A stretch of 64,000 bases of DNA from Antedon mediterranea. Taxonomy: Eukaryota > Animalia > Echinodermata. The stretch lies in assembly GCF_964355755.1 (NCBI RefSeq), contig NC_092676.1:23888871-23952870 (forward strand), given 5' to 3'. The notes below the pieces were generated by a model. It did no database searches. It was not told the origin of the DNA and saw nothing but the letters and a program-made list of their open reading frames with translations. Shown one piece after another: positions 41,720 through 53,078 of this stretch. Position 1 is the stretch's first letter. Every line of letters starts with the position of its first letter. The translations under genes were made by a program, and so were the position numbers.

Positions 41720-43174
41720 TCTATATTATAAGTGAGAGAGTTTGTCTGTTTGTTTGTTTGTCTGTTTGTTCGTTATACAAAATTTTGTTACTGCACATAA
41801 TCTTACATATGGGGTATCAAAATGACCGCAATTGTACCGGGAATGTTCTAAGCTATATTTCAACATCATCCGCCACCTAGGATCCAAGTTAGGGACCAAA
41901 ATGTGGTCAAAACCCCCACTTTCGATGTTTGTTCGTTATAAAAATTTCTGTGTCTGCACGTAACCATACGTATGGGGTATCAAAATGATGGCAATTGTAC
42001 CCGGAAGGTTTTAAACTACATTTAAAAAAATTCCCCCGACTCCTGGGGTTTTTGTGGAATGGGTGGGGGGGGGGGGGTGGTTGTGTGGTGGTTTGTGATG
42101 TCATTTTTGCTAGGGCTCGGGGTTGTAGGCTATCGAATTGTAAAATTATACTACAAAAGTTTTACAGTATTTGAATTATCCTCAGCAAGGCGTTTGGGGA
42201 AATATAGATATAGATATACATATTTTATTCATTAAACAATATGACACCTATTCAATTACACATTTAGCAAAGTACTTTAACCATATCCAGCTATTTATTG
42301 GTCTCTTGGATTGCCTCATTACAGACATCCATACCTGTGTGAACATACACATGTTGTTTACTGTTACTGTGTTCAACTACATCACCAATCCTCCAAGGAA
42401 AAAAACGTACATTGTGGGAGAGTGGGGTTGGGAGATAGGGTTTGGGAGTTTGGTTTCAGGAGAGAGTGGGGATTTTGCTTACACCAGAATTGTGGTTGGA
42501 AACTTTTAAAGTATTTAATCATCCCTGGGAAGCGGATGGGAGTTTGGGGTGGGGATGTACATGTAGGCCTATCACCATGACCGAAACTGTATTTGGAATG
42601 TTTTAAACTACATTTGAAAACTGCCACTGAGGGATTATGGGTTGGGAGTGATAATAATATAAATTGTACTGGAACCGGCTTCAACAGATCACCCAGTGTA
42701 TCTGGGGTGTGTTTTTTGTAGGGGGAGGAGGAGCGAAAATACTAGCGTAATGAAGTAGCCTATATGATTGGATTGTACTAGGAAAAGTTACTAAATTTGA
42801 ACTGTCCAGAGGAGGAGTTAAGGTTTGTTGATAGTGGCTGGGGTGGTGAAAGGAGAAAGAAGGCTGGGTGCCCGCAGTATCTAAATTACAAATTTTAATT
42901 ATCAGCCAATATGACACCTATTCATTTACACAATTTACAACGTACTACAACCATTATTAGACCCATCGTAGTTATGAATACTCCTCTCAATTCGAAGCTT
43001 AGGTTGAATTGAATTTGTCCATCACTGGGAAGATTTTGTTTTTAAGAAAGAGTATGGGGTGTTATTGAGGGGTGGATGTTGGTGAGTATAGACAGATACT
43101 GGCGTCGGGTGTTATGTACTGAGAAGGCTGTAAACTAATTTTGAAACCCGCCCTGGGGCGGGTATAATTGCTAG
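41720..43174 (+). mobile_element. Non-autonomous Helitron, copy 2
   Basis: Same termini and hairpin; exact CTAG|TC head-to-tail junction; followed by T; no TSD. Confidence 0.9.
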
Positions 43175-45319
43175 TAATAAATAAATAACATAACATAAAG
43201 TGCTGTATGTACTATGCTGTAATAAACAAAACCATATCAGTTCAATAGATAATATCTGATGAATTCACAATATATAAAACATTGTAAATTATAGATTATT
43301 CTTTTATATACTTAAATAAAAGTAATTCTAAAGATGTATGCTCAGTTATCAAATTATGACTACAATGATCATATCCAACAATGTGATATAAATTATTAAT
43401 AATAATTATTGATGAAATAGATATTGAAAGATGCGTGCTCAGTTATCAAATTATGACTACACTGATCATATCCAACATTGTGATATAGGATATTATTAAT
43501 AGTCATTGATAAGGTAGATATTAAAAGATGCATGCTCAGTTATCATATTATGACTACACTGATCATATTGAACAATGCAATATAGATTATTAATATTAAT
43601 TATTGATGAGGTAGATATTAAAAGATGCATGCTCAGTTATCAAATTCTGACTACACTGATCATATCCAACAATGTGATATAGATTATTAATAATAATTAT
43701 TGAAAGGTAGATATTAAAAGATGCGTGCTCAGTTATCAAATTATGACTACACTGATCATATCGAACAATGTGATATAGATTATTAATATTAATTATTGAT
43801 GAGGTAGATATTAAAAGATGCGTGCTCAGTTATCAAATTCTGACTACACTGATCATTATCGAACAATGTGATATAAGATATTAATAATAATTATTGATGA
43901 GGTAGATATTAAAAGATGCGTGTTCAGTTATCAAATTCTGACTACACTGATCATATCCAACGTGATATAATATATTATTAATAGTTATTGATAAGGTATA
44001 TATTAAAAAACTAAACAGATCATATCCAACAATGTGATATAGGTTATTAATATTAATTAATGATGATGTAGATATTAAAAGATTATTGCTCAGTTATCAG
44101 ATTATGACTACACTGATCATAACCAACAATGTGATATAGATTATTAATAATAATTATTGATGAAATAGATATTGAAAGATGGGTGCTCAGTTATAAAATT
44201 ATGACTACACTGATCATATCCAACATTGTGATATAGGATATTATTAATAGTTATTGATAAGGTATATTAAAAGATGCGTGCTGTTATTAAATTATGACTA
44301 CACTGATCATATCGAACAATGTGATATAGATTATTAATATTAATTATTGATGAGGTAGATATTAAAAGATGCGTGCTCAGTTATCAAATTATGACTACAA
44401 TGATCATATCCAACAATGTGATATAAATTATTAATAATAATTATTGATGAAGGAAATAGATATTGAAAGATGTGTGCTCAGTTATCAAATTATGACTACA
44501 CTAATCATATCCAACATTGTGATATAGGATATTATTAATAGTCATTGATAAGGTATATATTAAAAGATGCGTGCTCAGTTATCAAATTCTGACTACACTG
44601 ATCATATCGAACAATGTGATATATTATGATATTAATATTAATTATTGATGAGGTAGATATTAAAAGATGCGTGCTCAGTTATCAAATTATGACTAACACT
44701 GATCATATCCTACATTGTGATATAGGACATTATTAATAGTTATTGATAAGGTAGTTATTAAAAGATGTGTGCTCAGTTATCAAATTTTGACTACAAAGAT
44801 CATATCCAACATTGTGATGTAGATTTATATTAATATTAATTATTGATGATGTAGATATTATAAGATGCATGCTAAGTTATCAAATTGTTACTACACGGAT
44901 CATATTTGATATTGTGATTGATGATATATTCATATAAAGAGTGTACAATACTCACAGTATTTTTTAATCCATCCACATGAAGAAGAGACACAAGAAGAGT
45001 TGTTTGAAATTGTGAAGCCTCACAACCTTACTAATTGTGATGACATTTAATATAATATTACAGCCATACACAAACAGTAAGGTAGTTAGGGTCACTACAA
45101 TCTATTAAAATAATTAACATTAATTTAACTGGAAACATTGTTAATTATCAGTTTGAGTTTGACTTTTGTCTCTTTTGTTGTAGAATTGAATCTCTGTTTA
45201 TCCATTGCTTTCAACCTGAAAATAAACAGGCCTAATACCTTGGCATTAGCAATGAAATCAACTTACACACTGATGAATCTTAATACTCCTACCTACCTAT
45301 CTAATATTTTATATAGATA

Positions 45320-46075
45320 GGCTGTCTATGACCCCCCAGCCTATCCCTAGCTAGGCCTATGCCTCTCTAGACCATTCTGCTGGCTAGCTAGCAAGGCCCT
45401 AGGCCTAGTCCTATAATTAATAGCACAGGTCTCATATAGATAGGCCTAGCTAGAGTGTTTAGACTGAGCCTGGTTATATGCCTATTTATTTAACTAGGAC
45501 TAGGCAGGCCTAATCAGCCTAAACTAAGGCCTAATAAACTAGTCTAGGCCCTAACTAGAATACATAGAGCTAGCTAGTTAGGCAGCCTAGGCCTAGCTAC
45601 TTATTAGCTAGTAAGTAGGCCTAGCTAGCTAGCCTACCAGTTCCCTAGTAGGGCCTAACCAGGTGGGCCTACTAGCCTAGCCTACTACTCTAGCTAGGCT
45701 AGATCTTTCTATTTCTAGGCCTAGCTAGACAAGGCTAGCCAGTAGGCCTAGTAGTACTAGGCCTACCTAGTTTTTAGGCCTAAACTATTAGCTAGAGTAG
45801 AGAGATGCTAGCCTAACTAGGCCTAGGCCCTAGCTAGCTAGCTAGGCCTAGACTAGGCTAGCCTATAGGCTATAGGCCTGCCCTCTACTAGCTAGGCCTA
45901 ATCTGCCCTTTTTGGAGGCTAAAATATTGTCTGAAATAAGCTATGACCTACAAATATAGCTTAACTATCTGTTTAAGGGTGACACTGATGATGGGTAATC
46001 AATAAAATATGCTTCTAAATCTACCTTTTTGGCTTGCAATCATAATATCCAGTCTAGCCTAGGCCTAGGCCTGCA
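45320..46075. repeat. TAGGCC/CTAG-rich low-complexity tract (similar tracts at 14460-14700 and 46650-46860)
   Basis: Dense AGGCCT, CTAG and TAGCTA short palindromes. Confidence 0.8.
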
Positions 46076-46572
46076 CGGATCAGGTAGCGAAACGAACGAA
46101 GTGAGAGCAGAGAGCTGAGGAGGAGGAGGCCTCCTCCTCGGCCTAGGTTTCAGGCAGAAAAGAACATCTTGAGTTTGTGTAATTATATATCTATTTATAG
46201 TTATTTTAAAATATATCCCTAACATTTAAAAAATTATATATATTACTGACAATTAATTCTAAGAATGATACTCTATCTAATGATAAAATCAATTAAATGT
46301 ATTTTCCGTACGAAATTAATTATATACGAGGATGGCATAAGTGATAGTTCTCTGTTATCAAAAAACAACTACATACTATACCTGGGCTTATTGTTGGCTG
46401 GCTTATTGTTGGCTAGCTTGACACAAGCCAGAGAACAGCATGTTGTACAAAAACACCACCACCACGTCTCTCTCACACTCACAGTACTGTGTTGGTTGTG
46501 ATAGGCCTAAATAATTTTTTATTTTAAAGGTACTTTCAGCAATTTTATTCTGTAGCTAGCCCTACCATAATA

Positions 46573-46611
46573 ATGGCCAGTATCTGAATGAATGGTCACA
46601 GTGGCAATTGA
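46573..46611 (+). promoter_or_regulatory. Candidate AMD1 leader uORFs: MASI* immediately followed by MNGHSGN*
   Basis: ATGGCCAGTATCTGA ATGAATGGTCACAGTGGCAATTGA, then a possible donor GTGAG at 46616 and a TAGGCC tract. Membership in the AMD1 mRNA is inferred. Confidence 0.4.
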
Positions 46612-48049
46612 TTTAGTGAGGCTAAGCCTTTTACAGTTGATTGAATAAAAAACTAGGCCTAGGCCTAGGCCCTAGGCTAGCCTAGCTAGGGCCAGGCCTA
46701 GGCTAGGACCTATAGTAGTATAGTAGTAGGCCTAGTACTAGTAGTAGTATGTAGGCCGTGCCCAGCAGGGGAGGCTACTATTTAGTCTAGGCTCAGGCTG
46801 TACGTATGTTGGGATCCGTATGTAGTGGTGTAGTACGAGGCCTAGGACGATTGGTAGGAGGAGGCCAAAACTAGATCGTAGGTCGTTGTGAAATAAGCCA
46901 AGTATTATTTTTTTGTATCGACTTATACCATTATAAAAAGATGGGAAAATAGAGGTGTCCCATTTATTGATTGAGTTTGTTAATGTGTTAAAATACTGCT
47001 GCTTTTGTTTAGTGCATTATGTTTCAGCAACAAAGGGAAAACAACTATGCCCTGCATGCTGTAGAATTAATTTCAGTTTTCAAGTTAATGCAGTATATTA
47101 TGGCTCTTTATTTCTATATAATTTTTACAGATTTATAGATACAGAAAGTATATAAAGAAAGTTTTTATTCCAGTTACAAATAAAAAATATAATTTACCTA
47201 ACGATAACACAGTAGTACATTTAATAAAGATGACAGTAGTACATTTAATAAGATCTATCACATACTGATTATTAGGTAATCAGTAAAACAAATAAACATT
47301 ATAATTTTGTCAATGAATCTGTACCATTTTGTTCCCAGAAAACACAGTGTTTGACATTGCGTGTTTTTAGGTTTGGTTTTTCTAAAACGTTTTAAACACG
47401 TTTTTAAACTTTTCTGTGTAGAAATACATGTTCTAATTGAACAACGTTTGCATCAAAACGTTATAATAGCGAATGCAAAACGGAGCTGATAATGTCGCCA
47501 TGAAGAGGATGATTGGTGTGAATACATCGGTAAGCCGTTCGCTGTAGAATGAGTCAAGCATTTGCATAGACAAACCAATTACTTTCCACGCTCTACCCAG
47601 CACCTTCGCACCCTTACATTCCCCTGATATTCCTAGCCCAATATACAATATGCCCAAATAGAACATTACTGATTAGTAAAACATAAACATTCTATAGTAC
47701 AAATATCCTGCTTTACCCCAAAGAACCGAGTTTCCTCAAGCAGTACAGCCTTGTATTTAACTTCTTAACTTACGATCAACATGTCCACCCATTTAAGCTT
47801 AAGTCAAACACTACTGCCAGATACTTATAATTGTTAACAATCTCTACTTCCTTTACTTTAATTAATGTATACTGTCAGACCAATTATGTTTTCGAAAATC
47901 AATCCTTATTTCTTTCTTTTATTTATGTTTAGTGTTTAGTTCAAGAAACTAAAAAATATGATTTATCTACCAATAAGATTTGGCCGATTAGAATGCATTT
48001 GCCAATATTCTTTTACATATTTCACAACATTATAGAGTTTAGGTAATTT

Positions 48050-48260
48050 AACCGATTGTAATGTAGTATTTAGGATATTTTAATATCGATTGTACTGTAG
48101 TATTTAGGATGTTTTAAATCCGATTGTATTGTAGTATTTAACATTTTCTAATTTCGAATCGGATTGTACTAAATTTTAAAGTGTTTAAATCCAGATAGGA
48201 ATAACATAGGCCTAGTATTTAATATGCTTTAATTTTGATTATACTGTAGTGTTTAGTTTA
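48050..48260. repeat. Degenerate ~35-bp minisatellite
   Basis: CGATTGTA-TGTAGTATTTAGGAT recurs at about 48053, 48087 and 48121, with weaker copies after. Confidence 0.6.
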
Positions 48261-48300
48261 GTTTTTATATATAATAAGTAAGTATACCTACTTATATAGT

Positions 48301-49260
48301 TTTTATTTATTTATTTATTTATTCATAGGAATCACCTTTATATCGGTGTCACACATTTATCTCAGTTAATGGTGCATCCAATTTACAGACAAAATTACAA
48401 ATAACATAAGCCACAAAGTTCTAAATACTAATACATAACATCAAAACAAAATGTAAACTAATTAATTAATTAGATCTGTATGAAAATACATAATATGTAA
48501 ATTGTACAATATATATAACTACAAAAATAAAAACAGAACAACAAAAATACAGGATGGGCCTAATAAATAAATAAAACGTACAGATACATCCTCATAGAGA
48601 TGTCTGTAGCTTGTTTACTATATTAATCAATTAGTTGAGAGAGGTAATGCTGATAACATTGTAGATCTAGTAACCCATGCTTTCATTAAATATTTTTTAC
48701 AATAAAAATCAAAGATTTTTCCTAATGTTTCATTTTCAGTGAATAAATTGTCTAGCATAAAGTGGTGTTTTAATTCCTGAGATCCACAATTAAAATTATC
48801 CCAGTACATACTTAATTATTGTCTAACAGAGTTTAATGAGGGACATTTAAATAAAAAATGGTTTACTGTTTCTTTTTCGTTAGTACTACACACCTTACAT
48901 AATCCTGTGTTATGATTTGACCAGGATTGTCTACGACCCTCAAGATCTAGAGAGTTTGATCTTGCTTTAAATTTTAAATTGATACTCATAAAATTAGTTT
49001 TATCTAACAAATATTGTTCAAGGTTTGGAGTTCCTTTATACATAGTATATTCCGTTAACGTTGTTTTGAATGGAATTTCGTTTTGCATTGGGCCTTTGAA
49101 AACCACTCGTTATGATCAACTTGTTTATTATTTTTCCTAAATGGCTTTATCCAGTTAGTAGATGGTTCTTCATTAAATTTGTCTATAAAATTTGTTTTAT
49201 TTAAAATATCTTTAGTTAATATAGTATATTGTTACAAAATCTTGGCATTCCCTATAACAC
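48301..49260 (-). mobile_element. Decayed LINE ORF2 3' fragment with (TAAA)n tail
   Basis: Broken ORFs include LKFKARSNSLDLE and CKVCSTNEKETVNHFLFKCPSL (non-LTR C-terminal zinc-knuckle-like motif); TTTA repeat at 48301-48322. Confidence 0.8.
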
Positions 49261-49701
49261 AGTACCTAATAATAACATGCCTTATAAAAAGTACATGCAT
49301 TGCTAGTTGTTGATGTTTTGTATTGTTCCTTGTAGTTTGTACTGTAGGTTACATAACAGAACAATTGTATTGTCTTCCCATTCAATAGACACCCTTCTCT
49401 ACATAAAACATAATACACAACACCCCTATCATAATAATGGTATAGTCCATATAAGTCGAGGTGGCCGAAAGCGGCACCTGATAATAAGTGGAGTTTGACA
49501 GCAGTTTTAACCTGGACCTGGTGGAGCTACCCTTTGAAACCAGGTAGGTAGGTTTATACCTCCCTGCTTTATTTATAACATTATAAATAAGGCTAATGTT
49601 AACCTTATTTTGTGTTACCTTTTCATATTTTTTTTTCAGGATTTCTACATGAAGTAGTAAAGACAAAACCAGATTTAAATTGAGAACAGGGAAATGCCAT
49701 C

Positions 49702-52700
49702 ATGGCAACCACTAATAATGGAATGCCTGGTTCCAACCAGGTGACACACTACGAGGGCACAGAAAAACTCTTTGAAATTTGGTTCAAAGAGAGTGGAAAT
49801 GGTGACTTGAGAACTGTACCAAGGTATTTGGAATTAATGGGAGTTTCCTTGAATTCCTGATCTGCTACAGTATTTATTTATTTATACATTCTCATGTTTT
49901 TGCGTCACTACTATAGGCAAATAAATTGAAAAGAACGAAAGCATTAGGAAACAGTTTACCATATAGAAGCTTTTACAGTTTACTACAGCTGAAAAAATAG
50001 TTATTTCTAAACTCGGACTGGGCATGCGCACACCACAAAGTACGTCGAAAAAAAGAGAGTGTATGAAAATAAACATTGAGATACATGTAGACATTTAGTT
50101 ATCGTGAGATAAGCAGTATTTTTTGTAAGAAATATTTCTTGTTTAAGTTGTTTTATTTATTTTTCCAGGTTTGTGTGGGAAGATATGCTGAAGCTTGTTA
50201 ATGCTGAAATCATCAGTGAAATGCATGATGATTCCCAGTGTGCTTATATTCTCAGGTAATAATAGGCATACATTTATAATATATTATTATTATACCTTGA
50301 TAGCATATAGCTTTTATAATATAAAAGAATACTGAATTTTAATTGGATCGGCACTATGCTACAGTGGTTTATAAAAAAGAGCTTAATAATCCTATACTTA
50401 TCCATTCAAGGTCAATGTATCTTGTTTATTTGAAATCTCTTTGATATGTATTTTAGTATAAATACTGTATTATATTATGGTGTTCAATTGCATACATTTA
50501 GATCAATTTACAGGTACTTAGTATATACAGTAGGCATCTGTTTCCATTATTAATTGACCCTACTCATGAATTAATGATTTAAATATTTCACCTACTCCTT
50601 GTTAATTACTAATCAATATTTTTCAATGTTTCATTTATTCTTTTAATTGTCAAAAATTAATATTGAGTTGACAATGAATAAATAGAAAAAATGTTAAACA
50701 ATTGAAAATAAAAATCCCCCCAAAAAATAATAGTAAAAAAAATAAAAATAATTGAAGTTGTACAAGCCTGTGAAAAAAGAAAGAATACTGTACAAGTTTA
50801 TTTACTTCATATTTTTTTATTTAAATTATTCAGATTTATTGGTCCTTGTGGAAATTCATGACAGGCACAATCGCTCACATAAAAATACAATAACATACAT
50901 AATATATATAAGTAAAATAAATATTTTATTTTCTCTAGTGAAAGTAGCATGTTTGTAGCTAAACGACGCTTTATTCTGAAGACTTGTGGTACAACTACCC
51001 TTCTTAACTGCATTGATACCTTGCTAAGGATAGCCAAGAAACATTGCACTTTTACTGTAGTTGAGGTATATTCTCTTACTGTTACATGATACTTTATAAT
51101 TGAAGATGATAATAGAACTCACTCACGAACGATTTAAATTTTTTATCTAAAGTAGTTTTTATTCAGATTTTAACCAGCTCAATAGTGGCGATGATTCGCT
51201 GTTGTTCTGGAATGAAATAAATAATTATATTCGTAAAAATAAAAAAGTTTCTTTAGTAAAGACATGAGAAAAAATAGCTCCATTAGATTTCTAAATCCTG
51301 TTTTCTATGGTAAAGAATATATTGTAGAATAATAAATTTATGTTTTTTGCTTCTACAATTTTTACCCACAGGATGTGTTCTACTCTAGGAAAAACTTCAT
51401 TCGACCTGAACTTCAGGCTTCAACCTACCAGAAGTTTGAAGATGAGGTCAAAATACTAGAAAGCCACTTTCCAGGTATTATCATATTAGAATAAAATATC
51501 CTTGTTATTCATTTTAGGAAGATTGGGATAGCAAATGTATTACTTTACTAATGGTTGGTAATTGTGCACAGGATAACATACAAATACAATGCATTCTACA
51601 ATCTTTTGAAAGTGTTGTGTTTGTCAATGAATTTGAACCCAGGACATTGGGGTTGTTAGACCACAAATAATAATGCCAACTCTCATTATTTTTTTAGATG
51701 GTGCAGCATATGTTCTTGGTAGACTGAATGGCGACTGCTGGTATAAATATATTTTTGATTTTTTAAAACAGGATACATAAATAGAAATAAAAAAATGTAA
51801 CCTTTCATCATTCACTGAATGAACTTATTTTTACCATTCCTCAAATATTCATTCATTCCGTATGTGAAAAGATTTTTTGTCTATAAAAATACTATTTAGC
51901 GATTGTTAATAGTTGCCATATGACCCACAATCGTCCTATCAAGTGACAGGAATTCATTTAGGTGTTATATGATATATAATATTGTCTGTGTTTTACTAAT
52001 TATAATGGTTCATTTACACAAGGCAATTTAACAACAGGATGCTTAGCTCTGGAGATCAAAGGGTGTATCTGTGGCTGAAACACGATCAGTTCCGTGACCC
52101 TTAACAGACACTGCACACCACAGAGAAAATATACATAGTAAAATACTGTTGGTATTTGCCGCAGCCAGACATAAGATCAAAGGACTGTTACAAGTTCCTA
52201 TCTTGGCAAGGCAAGCTCAGTGTCCTGTTGTTAGATTGCCTTGATTGATTTACATTACCCTCAACCCATTTTTTAGCCCAAACAATCACATAAACATTAA
52301 TGTTGGCAAATTTATCTGGGTGGCATATAAACCACATTTTTTGTTTTAATCATAGGTACCTTTTTACTCTGCCTGTTGAAGACAACATGAAAGCAGATCA
52401 AACTCTAGAGATATCCTTTTTCGTACTTCAACTACTTCAAATAATTAATTCATACAATACCACATGTCACTGGGTAAACAATTGTAATACTGTATAAGTA
52501 AATGCAAGATTGTTACTTTTATTAAATTGATGGTATTTATATAAAATAATTTAAATGTATTTAATTATTATCGTTTTTTTCTTAACATTCCAATGTACGT
52601 CCTTATGACTGACCTTGATGAGGATGTGATGGCGCTCTTTCACAAGACGAACAAGACCGCAACAGAGGTCACAAAGGTTAGTTTTATTGGAACTTTAAAT

Positions 52701-53041
52701 GATCCTAAAATAGCATTCATCATACTTTAAATATGACCAGAATATTACCAGAATATGATTAGCCTTTGGGGCACAAAGTGATGTGAAATCTGGGCATTAT
52801 AGTACATTTCGAACGTTTAACTTCTTTACAAAAATACTTATTTAATATCTAATCCTATAATTTTTTCAGGTATCCGGTATATCTGATCTGTTACCAGGTT
52901 GCAGTATTGATGCTACCTTGTTCGATCCGTGTGGCTACTCAATGAATGGTCTATTAAGAAATGTAAGAAACAAATTAAGGACTTTTTACCTAAAATATTA
53001 TAGTTAGAGTTACCAACTAATTCCATTAGCAAAACATATTA

Positions 53042-53078
<37 letters not shown>

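Larger units (their letters stand above)
40439..43329 (-). mobile_element. 5'-truncated LINE 3' end (40439-40625 plus 43175-43329), split by the Helitron dimer
   Basis: Interrupts one satellite unit between GTAGATATT and AAAGATG; minus strand ends AATAAAGAAGAAG, a LINE-type tail. Confidence 0.55.
39830..44915 (-). repeat. 97-bp satellite, inverted right arm of foldback B (interrupted at 40439-43329)
   Basis: GATGCGTGCTCAGTTATCAAATTATGACTACACTGATCATAT is the reverse complement of the left-arm unit; more diverged. Confidence 0.93.
14939..46428. mobile_element. Giant (~31.5 kb) composite foldback-type DNA transposon, non-autonomous; 44-bp perfect TIRs, 8-bp TSD
   Basis: GCTTGTGTCAAGCTAGCCAACAATAAGCCAGCCAACAATAAGCC at 14939-14982 and its exact reverse complement at 46385-46428; CAGAGAAC at 14931-14938 and 46429-46436. 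Confidence 0.9.

Noticed and set aside
40870-42917. ORFs inside the Helitron copies as captured genes
   Set aside because: Short, driven by poly-G and low complexity, with no Rep/helicase motifs or recognisable host domain.
15088-44915. Regular arrays with internal palindromes as a CRISPR-like system
   Set aside because: Whole monomers repeat with no unique spacers, there are no cas-like ORFs, and the context is eukaryotic.
47330-47670. 77-aa minus-strand ORF upstream of the AMD1 coding region
   Set aside because: No recognisable motif or splice support; probably a decayed repeat.
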